From Octopus vulgaris (Eukaryota), in the NCBI GenBank assembly GCA_951406725.2, contig OX597827.1:65596001-65660000 (forward strand): a stretch of DNA of 64,000 nucleotides. The letters are read 5' to 3'. The translations under genes were made by a program, and so were the position numbers. This document shows positions 1 through 13,926 of the stretch, one piece after another (the first letter of the stretch is position 1; each line of letters opens with the position of its first letter). The notes beneath the pieces are model-generated. The model was not told the origin of the DNA and made no database searches. It saw only the letters and a program-made list of their open reading frames with translations.

Positions 1-659
1 CTATAAATCTCTTCATTTTAAGCATCCATAGGTCCTCATTACTAAGTGGATATTTCAAACGAATGTACGTATATATTATGCGACATCTTTATATTCCCAG
101 TGTATAAGGTGAACGAACGAGAAAATCATATTAATTATCACGCATTAGAGCCCATAGGATTTCGTTATGTCAGTTATCTATATCATTGGGATGTTAATTT
201 GGTCTTTCATGTTTGGATGATCGATAAACTAATTATCACTTGATAAATATGATCGATGCAATTTATCCTATTACGGAAAGTTTTTTGCGTAGATTGCATC
301 CAGTAAAGTCATAGCAAAATTACGTGCACATTAAACAAAATCTTCAAAAAATGAGAGGAAATTTTATTATGCGTGATCAATTTTCTCGCTTTCTTAGTGA
401 TATAGAGATATCTTTTGGAATTGTTTAACAGTTTACATGTGAAATTTCATGGTTAATCAGGGCCCATTTTTTTTTGAAGCATGATCACACTCAGTCACCT
501 CAGGAGTATAGAGGCACAATTCTGATCTTAATATACTATGGTTCACTGTTAATATATAAGTACTATAGGGTCAGGTGCTCCCCCTTCGTTTTGTTTTTTG
601 TTCTTGTTCTCGTTCTTGTTCTTGTTCTTTTTCTCCTCCTCCTCCTCCTCCTCCTCCTC

Positions 660-705
<46 letters not shown>

Positions 706-1494
706 GACTACGACTACTACTACTTCTTGTTCTAATTCTTCTTATTCTTTATCATCATCTCTTTCTTTTCTTCTTTTGCAACTCTTCTTCTTTCTCTTCT
801 TTCTCCTCCTATTTTCTACTTCTTCTACTTCTGTTTCTTCTACTACCTCCTCCTTCTTCTACTTCTTTTTTCCTCCTCCTCCTGCCCCTTCTCCTCCCCT
901 ACTTCATTTCATTTATTATTCAATCCTTTGATTGTGGCATGTCATTTTGAACTGGCCATTAGCTTTATCCATCGATGATACTTTTACTGTACACACACAC
1001 ACACACTGGTACAAAGACACACGCACACACACGCGCACACATGCACACGCAATTATACCCTTTACTTTTCTATATATTTCTTTCATCGACCTATCTCTAT
1101 CAAACGTCATACACCATCCTTTTCTGAGCTTCCGTCTCTCCAATATCTTGTTTGATGATTCATCTATTTACATTACTATTTACTCATAAATATCTCTCCG
1201 CTCTCCAAGTGATTGCCATCTTTTAGGAAATTTTCCAAATAACACACGCATATAATATAGTTTAATAACGTATCGAGTGCATTATTTTGTTGTTGTAATG
1301 ATCCTAATTAGGCCAAGCACCCGACTCACAACCGTCTCTTCTTTCATCGATAGTTTGATCTATATTATATAACACAAATTATAACATCAGCTATAACCAC
1401 ATACATATATATACTTTACCGTCAGATCTGAATTATGCTTTCTGTTTATAAATTAAATGTAAAACGAACTTACATGTATCCATCTATCTATCTT

Positions 1495-1552
<58 letters not shown>

Positions 1553-1555
1553 CAT

Positions 1556-1780
1556 CTTTCCCTTTTTACATTGACATTTCGTGATACACGATCCGTACTG
1601 ATCGGCCCCACTTTTTTTTTCACGATCCCTTTTGATCTGAATTCGACCTAATTTCTTTGTTTGTTTGTTTGTTTGTTTGTTTCTTTCTTTCTTGTTTTCC
1701 TTCTCTTCTTCCCAAAAAGAAAAGCTCTACTTTGTATTTTGTCCATTCTTTGTTTAGCCCTGCGTGCCCAATAAAGAATT
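1556..1780 (+). mobile_element. 3' UTR fragment of a Tx1/L1-like LINE sitting in (TATC)n/(TATG)n microsatellite
   Basis: Matches the reverse complement of 21362-21610 (gtgatacacgatcc..., aaaagaaaagctctac..ttgta..ttgtcc...agccctg.gtg.ccaataaagaa). Flanked by tetranucleotide repeats. Confidence 0.7.
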
Positions 1781-1914
1781 CTATGTATGTATGTATGTAT
1801 GTATGTATGTATGTATGTATGTATGTATGTATGTATGTATGTATGTATGTATGTATCTATCTATCTATCTATCTATCTAATCTATCTATCTCTATATATA
1901 TCTATCTATCTCTA

Positions 1915-1968
<54 letters not shown>

Positions 1969-2542
1969 ACTGTACTGCAAATAAGAATGTGGAGAGAAAG
2001 GAAAACGGACAGACATCAGCCGGTAAGCATTCTAGTGTGTCTATTTGATCCAATGTATTAGAAGGTATTAGATGACTGCATACACAATTATTAGTAGTAC
2101 AGAATGTCAAATAGTAAGAGTTGGTAATTACACAAGAACAAGTGTGCGAAAGCATTTAATCATATAGTAACAGATGCTTCGATGAGTACATGAGCAAATG
2201 AGCATACATGTATATATATAGAAGAGCATGGACATTCCCGTCCACGAACAAGGTATTAAAGAAAAAATTGCATAGAATGAAACAAAAACTCAGTACGAAT
2301 ATTATAATAGACAAGAAGATCGAGCAGTAAAATACACTCGAGGATATATCAAATGAAAGAATTTTTCAGACTACATAATATCTATATGGCAGAGAGGTAT
2401 TTCAGGAAAAACTAGGCTCATCAGGATAAATGACTATATGGGATTTCCCTAATTGATTCGAATAAGATGCATCCTCGAACTCCAAAACTACCATCTGATC
2501 ATGGATATATTGAATTCAATCGTAGATAATTGAACCAGAGAG

Positions 2543-2593
<51 letters not shown>

Positions 2594-2594
2594 A

Positions 2595-3010
2595 GACGTT
2601 TTTGCGTACTTAGATAAAAAAAAACAAGGGTGTGTAGATATAGGAACATTTATAGATAGAAGGTCTTACAGCTGTTTCCAGGATATTTATTAATTATATC
2701 CCTTCATCGGAGGCGGTGTGAGCGGATGATTAAATAATAGTTAATTTAGATAGTATACAAAATAGAGAGTAAGGTGGAGAAAAGAAAATAGATGTGAGTT
2801 AATTAGGGATATTGGATATGTAGATCCATTTTTTAGACCGAATGCTATATATGTAAGATTTCAATACCTTATGAGAAAAATCCAACAGTATTTAAAATTG
2901 TTCATTCCAAGTATAGACTTTATACACAATATAAGATTCCAATAGCTCATAAGTAAGATCCAACAGTATTTAAGATTGTTCATTCAAAGTACAGTGTTGT
3001 AGAGTGAAAA
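2595..3010 (-). mobile_element. Penelope-like element terminal remnant abutting (TA)n, with degenerate hammerhead at ~2660-2715
   Basis: Minus strand reads cct-CCGATGA-A-GGGATAT..ATATCCT-G-GAAA-CAGCTG-TA-agacc. Bounded by (TA)n on both sides. Contains an imperfect ~78-bp direct duplication (tccaacagtattta..attgttcatt at ~2880 and ~2958). Confidence 0.55.
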
Positions 3011-3023
3011 GTTTATATATATA

Positions 3024-3071
<48 letters not shown>

Positions 3072-3114
3072 TAATTTAATGTAACGGCATATATATACAT
3101 ACATACACACATAC

Positions 3115-3150
<36 letters not shown>

Positions 3151-3270
3151 GAGGGCATATAAACTATCTGTTATGTCGATTATACATTGATGTAAGTAAA
3201 AGTTGTTTTATAAAGCTCGAAACATATGTACCACGACATCCTTGTGTCCTGTTTTTCATTTTATTTCATT

Positions 3271-3333
<63 letters not shown>

Positions 3334-3816
3334 CGTGTGTGTGTATGTATGCATATATATGCCGTTACATTACATTAGGCAATACGCTTTGGAAAAGTTT
3401 TAACCAGATATATATTATCTTCATATTAACATAGACGTTATATATGGCAGTTAACTGAAACATTTCCAATTTGATCACTTTTTTACGGTACACATTCTAG
3501 GCACTCCCATTTCATGCTTTCCTTTTAACATGCAATATTGCGTTCTGATGCTATTTTATCATCATCCAAGAAGCTGTCTACATCATATCATATTTTTCTT
3601 TAATCACATTCTAAGGCAATGCATTCTTGATGGCTCTCAACGAATTATCTATCTGTTTCGCTTATGAAATTATTGTCGTTTCCCAAGAAATATCCAATCT
3701 TCGCTCGTTTTTCTGTGAGATATTGCATCTGGAACACATATATAATTCATGAGACATCAATAATGTTTACAATATTTGTGCTGTTTCTAACACAAGATTT
3801 AATTATAGATTACATC

Positions 3817-4192
3817 GTGGCACTCCGTCGGTTACGACGACAAGGGATCCTGTTGATCTGATCAATGGAACAACCAGCTCGTGAAATTAAGGTGCAAGTG
3901 GCTGAGCACTCCACAGACACGTGTACCCTTGACGTTCTTCTCGGGGAAATCAGCGGGACACCATGTGTGACAAGGCTGGTCATTTGAAATACAGGTACAA
4001 TAGAAACATGAAGAAAGAATGAATGAAAATTGTGGTGACAGAGTTCAGCAGGGTTCGCCGCCACCCCCCTTCCGGATTCTCGTGAAGCTGTAGGTGTTTT
4101 CGCTCAATAAACACACAAAACACCGGGTCTGGGAATCGAGATCCTATGATTGCGAATCCGCTGCCCCAATCACTGGGCCATTGCGCCTCCAC
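3817..4192 (-). mobile_element. tRNA-derived SINE, family C (octopus OR-type), near full length
   Basis: Minus strand head gtggaggcgcaatggcccagtg (A box), tcgattccc (B box). Body shared with 26461-26764, 40228-40536 and the head of 23306. Confidence 0.85.
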
Positions 4193-4319
4193 ATATTTTA
4201 CATATTTGTCAGCAAGTAGATGTTTATGCTACATGCATATACCTCAGATCAGCGATTCGATGAGGTCAAATAACAACAAAACCATGTCCGACCTCATGTG
4301 TATCATCCCTCTCATATGC

Positions 4320-4407
<88 letters not shown>

Positions 4408-4854
4408 ATATAGATATATTTATTTATTTATTTATTTATTTATATATATGTATGTAGGTATATATTAAAGCACTGATCGATAATTCCCAATACTGACTCT
4501 ACATCGGCAGATTCCGGACATAATCCTCCGTTATATGTTTTCACCATAAAAATCTATGATTGATTTAGCGAAGCGCTAATGTAAATACAGAAAATTAATA
4601 GACAGCATTCTGCAATGTTTTACCAAAGAGGAAAATTATAGTTGTCACTAGATGCGAATAGGCTGTTAGAAACACTTATATATTAATTATATATTAATTA
4701 CTATGTGCATGTGCAAATGCATATGCATGTGTTTGAGAGAGAGAGAGAGAGGGAGTGACAGAGAGTGTGTGTGCAAGTGTACGTGTGTATGTATCTGAAT
4801 ATATATATATGTGTGTGTGTGTGTGTGTATGCGGCGTGCGTCTGCTCGTTTGTT

Positions 4855-6412
4855 TATCAAGGCCTCGATGTCAACAAGGGTCACGGCCCTGACGGCATAC
4901 ACCCACGGGTTATCAAAGCGTTGGCTCCGGTCATCTGCGAGCCCTTAACACGACTATTCAATATGTCATTGGCGTCGGGTGTTATACCTGCAGACTGGAG
5001 AACAGCGATACTCTGCCCAATTTTCAAGAAAGGGAGCCGCGAAGACCCGCTTAACTACCGACCGGTTTCCCTTACATCAATAATCAGCAAGATGTTCGAA
5101 ACCATCCTTAAGAAAAGTATGATGCTCCACCTCCTAAACACAGCCTCGATCACTGATTCCCAACACGGCTTCGTGCCGAAGAGATTATGCTTGACCAACT
5201 TACTAGTAATGGAAGAATTGGTGACGCGCATCCTCGATGATAGTGATGCTGTTGACATCGTTTTATTGGACTTTGCCAAAGCTTTTGACTCGGTAAACCA
5301 CCGCCTACTACTTGTCAAGCTTCAAGCATATAGTTTCCATCCGGATATTGTACGATGGGTTGGTGCCTTCCTCTCAGATCGCTCCTTCCAAGTTCAAGTT
5401 AATGGTTCGCGGTCCGACGTCTCCAGTGCGAGCAGTGGCGTGCCTCAAGGTTCAGTGCTTGGACCCTTGTTGTTCTTAGTCTTCATAAATGACTTGCCCG
5501 ACGACCTCACGCAACACACCCCACTATTTGCCGACGATATCAAACTGGTCGCTCCTACGGTAGTATAGAGGATCTTCGTCGATGCCTCCACCAAATTTGG
5601 AAGTGGTCTAACGATTGGGACCTGTGTCTGAACGTGTCAAAGTGCTGTCATCTGCCTGTCGGCTCTACTCCTGCAACTCAACTTGATTTCGAGCCGGGTC
5701 GTCTGCTGCTGGAGAGGACCGATCAGGTAAAGGACCTGCGTATCTTGGTGGATTCCTCCTTTTCGCCTTCGGCCCAGTGCGTCCATGCTGCCAACAAAGC
5801 GCGCGGAATTCTGTTTTTGATTCGACGGTCATTCGGAATGCTCACAGCAGCCATATTCCTACCACTCTATGTCACGCTGGTGAGACCCATATTGGAGTAT
5901 GGGATTCAAGCCTCTTCTCCTTATCTCCTCAAAGACATACAGCATCTCGAAAGAGTCCAGAGGCTGGCTACCCGCATAGTTCATGGTCTCAAAAATTTGT
6001 CCTACGAAGAAAGGCTGAGGACGCTCGACCTTTATTCTCTTGAAAAACGCCGCCGCCGTGGTGATCTCATTCTCGCCCACAACATCATAAGCGGGAAGTG
6101 TAACCTCTCGAAAGAGCTGTTCTTCACTCCTGCTCCGGAGCGTCGGCTGCGGGGTCATTCCGAAAAGCTCTACCTGCGACGATTTCATCTCAATCGAAGG
6201 AGAGGAGCTTTCTCCGTCCGGGTTGCGGATCCGTGGAACAAGCTGCCAGACGAGATGGTGAAGATGCCGACGACCGCTTTGTTCAAAGCCTCCTGGACCT
6301 CAAGTGGCCTGAACTCTTTACATGAACACCACCCTGTACTTAACTCCATGTCCCCCTACATTGCCTTGCTATTTGCTTTTGAGCCAAATTAACTAACTAA
6401 CTAACTAACTAA
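4855..6412 (+). mobile_element. 5'-truncated CR1-clade LINE (RT and C-terminal part of ORF2, frameshifted) with (AACT)n 3' tail
   Basis: Translation shows GPDGIHPRVIK, NYRPVSLTS, SQHGF, LDFAKAFDSVNH, SGVPQGSVLGPLLFLVFINDL, FADD, then LYVTLVRPILEY, LERVQRLATR, LEKRRRRGDLI, RLRGH, FSVRVADPWNKLP. Frameshifts near 5557 and 6292. Tail aactaactaactaact at ~6390-6412. Confidence 0.95.
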
Positions 6413-6685
6413 TATCGATAACGCAGCAAATGATTTCAGCTCAAATGCTGGCAATTCATTGGTTAAAATTTGAAGAATTAAACTACGTTAAACATACAAA
6501 TTACAATTTTCTCAAAAAAGCCAAGTGAAAATAATGTTTTCTTTTCACACATTCTACCAGTATACAAAGTTTCAAATTGTTTAGTTAACTAGAATTCCCG
6601 TCCATCAAAAGGAAAAGATCCCTAAAATGCTCTAATTATTTACATATACACACGGGGACCATAATCGCCCACAAAACACCGATGG

Positions 6686-6745
6686 AGTATTCCCTATAGT
6701 GAACGTTCAGTTTCGGCAATTTCTGTTACCTCATCAGTAAGTACT
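6686..6745 (-). ncRNA. Minimal type I hammerhead ribozyme motif (near-intact)
   Basis: Minus strand: ctta-CTGATGA-GGTAA-cagaaa-TTGCC-GAAA-C-TGAACGTTCA-C-TA-tagg. Stem II pairs, stem III is palindromic with one C-C mismatch, stem I is short. Confidence 0.6.
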
Positions 6746-7193
6746 AAGACTTCAACAAGTAGTATAGCACGCTATCAGCCAATATTATAATGAAATCCTC
6801 AAATTTAGTGAAATACAGCTACCCAGGTTTTCGCGGCCAAAATATATATTTCAACATTTTTAAAACTGAGAACAAAACGGTTTGATAGTTGTTTTAGAAC
6901 AGACGTAGTTTAAACAAAGAACACTTATAACAAAGAATGAAGAAACAAAAGTATAGAGGCAAGAACCAATGTCACAACCGAGAACTGGCGAAAAACACAA
7001 ACAAACATATCATCGCTTCACGACGTGTCTCGTGGCTTGTTTATAAATTCAGCCAATATATATTTGCTGAAAAACGGGGACATGATGAAGAAAACCATCC
7101 TGGAATTTACAAGGTGTTGGAGGTCCTTAAATTCTTTAAGAGATATAGATCCTTGAGAGAAATACACCCGCCATACATACGTGTGTATAACAT

Positions 7194-7480
7194 GGTGCAG
7201 GCGTGGCTATCTGGTAAGAAGATTGCTTTCCAGCCACATGGTTCTGGGTTCAGTCCCACTGCGTGGCAACTTGAGCAGGTGTCTTCTACTACAGCCTACA
7301 GCCCCGAGTTGATCAAAGCCTTGTGGGGTGATTAGGGAGGCGTAAACTGAAAGAAATACGTCGTATATGTGTGTGTTTCTGTGTGTGTTTGTCATCCGGT
7401 GCCGGTGTGTTTACGACCACGTAACTTAGCGATTCGGCAAAACAGGCTGATAGAATACAAAAAATAAGGTTAGAAAAAAA
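7194..7480 (+). mobile_element. tRNA-derived SINE family B (degenerate)
   Basis: ggtgcaggcgtggct...gggttcagtcccactgcgtggcaacttgagcaggtgtcttctact; homologous to 33778-34174. Confidence 0.85.
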
Positions 7481-7668
7481 TAACTCATAGTTATGTGTGT
7501 GTGTATGTATGTAGGTATGCATGTATGCATGACACATATATAAGTGTGTATTGATGTATATAATATTATACATATGCGAGAGACAGTAAGAGACAAATTC
7601 GTGTGTTCTGGTATCGGTGCTTGTACGTTACAGTGTGAATAAATTACACGCGGAAACATAGTAATACA

Positions 7669-7719
<51 letters not shown>

Positions 7720-8177
7720 ACACACACGCAGACAGAGGCATGCACTTACATACGCACTCACACACACGCAGAGTTGGTTTGTGAATATTTGTGAGTAAAT
7801 ATATAAATATATATATAAGATGCCTCCTTTAATGTTAATGTAGATACAATCTTTGATAACATCCCCAGAAAACAAATAATGACTTTCGCATTTCCCATTG
7901 TATTGATTTGACTTAATGTAATCTTACTAGACCTTATTTACTAAAAGGAATGTAAATGCGTGCAGAAACGTAGAAACAGAGGGGCCCCCCGACTTCATAC
8001 TTGCATAAAGCGTAATTATGCAATCACAAATATAAAATACATTATCGGCAATACAGGTATATATGCACGTATTCATACATCATGCCACACACATATATGC
8101 ATTATATATGAAACAGTAAACACTCGTACACGCGCACGCACACACACTCATAAACGTACACACACATATTTCTATTA

Positions 8178-8372
<195 letters not shown>

Positions 8373-8470
8373 CATAAATTTCTATATGTCGATGTATAAT
8401 TATATATATAGTTATATAGATGTGTGCGTGTATATATATATATGCAAATATATGCATACATATATGTATG

Positions 8471-8505
<35 letters not shown>

Positions 8506-9036
8506 ATGTGTGTGTATGTGTGTGTGTATGTTTGTGTGTATATACATATATATGTCTACATATTCATATATATATGCCTGTATGTGTGTGCATGCGCGGG
8601 TATATACACACACATACACAACCACGCGCACATACGCTCACTCACATATATGTTAATGTGTGTACATATGTATTCCATTTATATATGATCTTGACGTGTT
8701 AATGCCATCGGTAACCATACATCATGCCGCGTACGCTAAGGTTTGCCGGTTATATTTATTTATATATTTTTGTCTATTCTACCATTTGTATTCTCCTTTA
8801 TAGAGGAAAATTATTTTCTGTATACATGAATGACAATTATGAATTTTAGAAAGCATCAATGATCTTTTTTCATGTTTATTTTTTTAATATTCTGTTTTAC
8901 ATTTTGTTTTTGTGGTAATGTTAGATGTTTGCGAATGGCGGTTATAATAGCTGAATGTTTGTGTAAAACAGCGGAGTGAATATACGTATGCAAAAGAAAC
9001 GCGAACGCTTTTTACATTATATACATAAAACAACAT

Positions 9037-9290
9037 ATCATCATCATTGTTCGACCGTGGTCGAGACAATGGAATTTACCATGCTACGCTAAACTTCCCG
9101 GTCCATCATGGCTTTACGGAGGTCCTGTTGCTGGATGCCTGTATCCCTGGAGATTACATTAGGGTAGGAGAGTGTGCGCCCTCTGGTATTGCGAGTAGAT
9201 GGCTTCCAGAGGAGAAGAGTAGAAATTACTTCTTTTTCAGCTCTACAACAATGTCCAGCAAACTGGACTCTCCTACCTTTCACAACATAT
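9037..9290 (-). mobile_element. RTE/RTE-X LINE 3' end fragment with (TGA)n tail
   Basis: Minus translation RRVQFAGHCCRAEKEVISTLLLWKP...GRTLSYPNVISRDTG...MMDREV* resembles the RTE C-terminus (RR..AGH..R, LW.P, GR, DR..W). Followed by tgatgatgat. Confidence 0.8.
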
Positions 9291-9944
9291 GCTTACACAC
9301 AGAGGCACATATATTTATGCATATGCAAACATATAAGTTGTTATATTGTCAGTGACGAGATATGATGTTTGTGCGTAATAGTATATCACGTTATCAAATA
9401 CAATTGTATAACAATAAGTAAAGTAAAAAAAAGTTGGTTATCTTATAACCGATCGCACAATAACACTCGAACGCAGAATCGATAACGAGACTAACACTCT
9501 CACAGTTCGACCTCGACTGTCTACTGGCTAACATATTCATAAGACTCGTCCAATCCACTGATATTCACATGTGTGGAGTCAGCTCACTCCAGACTTGGAG
9601 CACCGCGACGCGTAATCACGGAGGTGTGAGTTTAAGTCTCATAGTCATTTTTCTGCAAAATAGGGGTAGCTTATCCTGTTCAGGCAATATTATTAGCATT
9701 ATCCTGCGTTTAAGATTTTAAAATCACTTTAACTTTCTAAGACATCTCAACGCTTCTAAAGCAAACTTTGTTTGTTTGTTTACGTTCATCGTAAATTGAA
9801 TTTATATATGTCCGTCTGTCTGTCTGTATATATGTATGTATGTATCAATGGAATGTATGTACAAACTTTGTCAAGCGTACATTCTTTTTTGGTGCTATAT
9901 CACCAGCATGTACTTCCAGTGTAGATTTCTGCCTTTACTCGCAA

Positions 9945-11060
9945 TACGAGGGTCCTCTGGAAAGTTCAACGCCTAAGATGTTCTCATGATATGTGATAAA
10001 ATGAGACCCACATACTTCTTCCATACATGTTGCCATGCTTGGACCCCATTGCAAAAATTCATCAACAGCAAATATGACAAGGCGGTGAGCTGGCAGAATC
10101 GTTAGCGTGCCGGGCGAAATGATTAGCGGTATTCCGTCTGCCGTTACGTAATGAGTTCAAATTCCGCCGAGGTCGACTTTGCCGTTAATCCTTTCGGGGT
10201 CGATAAATTAAGTACCAGTTACACACTGGAGCCGATGTAACCGACTTAATCCCTTTGTCTGTCCTTGTTTGTCCCCTTTGTGTTTAGCCCCTTGTGGGCC
10301 ATAAAGAAATAAGGAATAAGAAATAAGAAACAGCAAATATGACGTCATCATCACTGCGAGACTGATTCCCAGTCAGATATTTTTTCATACTGAGGGAAGT
10401 GATCAACCAGTTCAAAGTCAACCTCACGCACAGCAGCCATTGAAACCAATGATTTGTGTGCGGAAATATTGAAATGATGAAGCAAGTCCCCTTTCGTGAG
10501 TTTTCCTTGGTGTTTGGAATCATAGTTTTTCGTAAGGTTATGAAAGGCTTACGAAGGGGCATTTTTAGATGCCACAGCAAATTCGCATAGTTCTGTGTAT
10601 TAAATATGTGACCCTTTGATGATAGTCAATAAATCAATGCCTCTTACATCGACAAAAATTTGAGGCCCTTCCCTTCTCTGCCGTTGAAACGACCTTGGCC
10701 TTCTTTGGAGCAAATGATGAGGAGTGTTCAACTTCATGAACTATCTTTTTGTCTCTGGCTCAACGTGATCACCCAACACACATCCTAGATTAGGAGGCAT
10801 GCAAGGAAGCAATAAAGATCTGCATAAAACAATGTCAGATTTTCCTGTGATGCGAAGAGACTGGTGCTATTTTGTCTAGGGTCAAGACGCGGCACCCACC
10901 GGGCAGAAACCTTCGACGTGCCGAGTTCATTGTGCGGAATATTCTTAAATCTGTTACGGAATACGCTAATAAATTTAGCTTTGTAGTTAATCGCCTGTCA
11001 TCCACCACCATGCTGTGAACACAATCGGTGTTTTCCTTAAGATTAATGAAAATCCAGCCT
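9945..11060 (-). mobile_element. Degenerate mariner transposon, interrupted by a SINE
   Basis: Mariner-like end tacgagggtcc...gaaagtt at 9945. Minus translation fragments such as MKKYLTGNQSRSDDDVIFAV match the mariner C-terminus. Right boundary approximate. Confidence 0.6.
10079..10328 (+). mobile_element. tRNA-derived SINE family A, full length, with 15-bp TSD
   Basis: ggcggtgagctggcagaatcgttagc (A box), gagttcaaattcc (B box), core gcc.tt.atcctttcggggtcgataaattaagtaccagt. TSD aacagcaaatatgac at 10064-10078 and 10329-10343. Confidence 0.92.
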
Positions 11061-13354
11061 TCATCATTACAACTTAATTTCTTTTATCAGCAGCCATTTA
11101 TATAGAATGGGAGTAGAAGGTCACAAATATATTATGTATATGATGCCAATATCAGGCCCAATATTCCATTCCATCCAACAAATCAGGCACGCCAGGCGCT
11201 TCACAGTACAAATTCAACATAGCACTTGAAATAAAAGGAGTTATATTCTACATACTTGACTTTAGCGACAGGTGTGATGTTGCGAATAGAGGCTGGCTGC
11301 ACTACCAGCAAAATATTGAGTAACATACAAGTTGCAGCATAATCCACCTACATATATATATGATTCAATTTACAGTAGAAGGTGCATATTGCAATAATGC
11401 ATATAAATACGGGCATACTAATACGGTATTTTCATATTCATTTGAATATGCCACATGAAAGTAGAAAAATTCATAGAGAAATTTCAGAGGAAACAATTAA
11501 ATATGCTTGCGTAGACGTAAGCATAGACATAGAAATACATTAAAGGAAATAATAACCTGTATATATATTTATATATATATATATACATATGTGTGCGTGC
11601 GTATGTTTTTGTGTTTGTGTGTGTGTGTGCTTATATATACACATAACATTTATACATGGCTATATACCTAAAACTGCGCAAACCCATACACATACGACGC
11701 ACACATGCTTGCAGATCATTTTCGTTGCATACGTAGGAGTTATGTTTCATCAATAAATACTCTTTCTATAGGTATGTGACGTTCCATATGCAAATTCTGT
11801 TCTTTCATCTTTCACATTTCCAAAATATTGGATATTTTAATTTTTTTCTTTTTTTTTTTTTTTTTGAATAACGAGTGAGTGTAACACAGATTTTCTTATT
11901 GCTTTCATAACTAACTAGATTCAAAGTTTTGCCAAGTCAGAAATAGTTAATCGTGACCCGAAATTCCTAGATAGTTGTATATTCCAGTCAATAGAATTTT
12001 TACTGCAATTTTCACATCTGAAATTATAGTGATTTTGACTTTTATATCTAGTAAACTATTTCACCTTTTGACATAGCACATACACTGACAGCGACATTCC
12101 AGCTCTGATCATCACGCCTATACTTTTTTTTCCTTGTACCTAGCACCGAATTATCCACTTAAGCGATAGTTACACAGAATCAATCGAACTTCGGAAAAAT
12201 ACCATGCAATATTTCCGCAGTATATATTTTTTATACTCGATTTCCTATCATATCGATGTCGGTTTTGCCCTTTCAGACTTAATAGGCAGACTAAACTTTT
12301 TTATTAATAAAGTACACAGTTTTTTTTATTGATATACTATATAATCGATTAACTTAAAATTGCAAAAAATTGCAGTTTTGTGCTGATGCTACAAATGATT
12401 AACACTATGAGATTTTATCTGAAGGACATGCTGATGCTATTTCTAGGAATACGGGTGCAACGCATAGGATGGTTCTGTTTTGCTCTTAAATAATTTTATT
12501 GCATCGAAATGCAATAAAACTTGGTTGTTATCTTAAACGTTCTCTGTAGAATTACAAAGCGATAGCATGAGCATTGGGCACAACGAGTTTGTATCATGAT
12601 GTATAATGATGTAATTTTTTTGTTATTGTTGCTGCTGTTGTCGTTATTGTTATTGCAGCATAAGCCATCCTTTATAATGTAGATCTAACAAGAATGATTT
12701 TACAATATTGTTGAAACTGCTTTGATTTCTCCTTTTTTCTACGTAATATCAGAGACTGCGTGGTCCAATAGGTTCTTCCTAATATTTCAGGCGATGTTGT
12801 GCGTCTGAGGAAATTTTGCCCTTGTTTATTTCGTTTAACTGACTCTTAAAGTCTTCTTGGTTTCAAACATTATTTTCATTAAATATTGTAAGGTGACTGT
12901 CTAGAAGAAACCGAGTACAATTACAATTTTCAGTTGATTATGGGCGGTAGAGGCCTCTCTTTGGTTCCAGCAGTAGCATACAACAGCCTATGACCATAGT
13001 CTAGAAATATAATCCGCAAAGGTTTTCGCACACACACACACAAACACTAACACACACGCACACACAAACACACGCACAAACACAAGCACACAAACACACA
13101 CAAATACATACACAAACACACACACACTAACAAACACAAACACACACACAACAGCATATGCACGTATATTAGTTTATGTCGGACGAAACGAAAGAGGGAT
13201 TTTCAATATTATTTTGGGTATCATTTTTTTCGAAGTGGAAATCACAAATACTTGTGTTTCATGCCATGGGAATCTTTAGACGAGAAATGCTACAACTCAC
13301 TTGATGTAGTGTGTTTATATTATTAAGAGTGAGGTGTAGTGCTTTTTATGGTAT

Positions 13355-13730
13355 CGAGCCGCGTCCTGGAAGATCTCTAGAACTTGACGCGGATGTCCTG
13401 GAAATCCTTGTTGAACAAAATCCCATCGTAACTGTTGAGGAACTAGCAGAGACGCTTGGATTTGGTCAGTCAACTATTCAGATGCCATCGCATAAGTCAT
13501 AAAATTTGGTTAATGTGTCCCTCACAAACTTTCCGAGTCTAATCGCGTGCGGAGGGTGAATGTGAGCTCTTCTTTGCAGTGACGTCTCACGAATAAAGAA
13601 TGGTGTCTGGTGACGAGAAACAGATTCCCTATATAAATGTCGCGTTCCGCAGACAGTGGGTAAGGAAAGGAGAAACACAGGTACCCCAGGCTAAAGATGA
13701 TATTCGCCCACGTAAGGTGTTGCTATCTGT
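13355..13730 (+). mobile_element. Mariner transposase fragment (pseudogene)
   Basis: EPRPGRSLELDADVLEILVEQNPIVTVEELAETLGFGQSTI, then VPHKLSESNRVRRVNV, VSGDEK, RPRKVLLSV in shifted frames. Confidence 0.85.
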
Positions 13731-13732
13731 AT

Positions 13733-13926
13733 ATGTCCCCAACATCGTTTGACAACCGATGCTGGTATGTTTACGTCCCCATAACTTAGCGGTTCGGCAA
13801 AAGAGTCCGATAGAATAAGTACTAGGCTTACAAAGAATAAGTCCCGGAGTTGATTTCCTCGACTAAATGCGGTGCTCCAGCATGGCTACAGTCAAATGGC
13901 TGAAAAAAGTAAAAGAGTAAAAGAGT
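13733..13926 (+). mobile_element. SINE family B, 3' half
   Basis: gacaaccgatgctggt...aacttagcggttcggcaaaagag...gcggtgctccagcatgg...gtaaaagagtaaaagag. Confidence 0.85.

Noticed and set aside
2395-2430. CTGATGA...GAAA on minus strand
   Set aside because: Intervening sequence does not form stem II, and no stem III/NUH match.
6937-7335. 132-aa ORF
   Set aside because: Runs into a SINE; no protein family signal.
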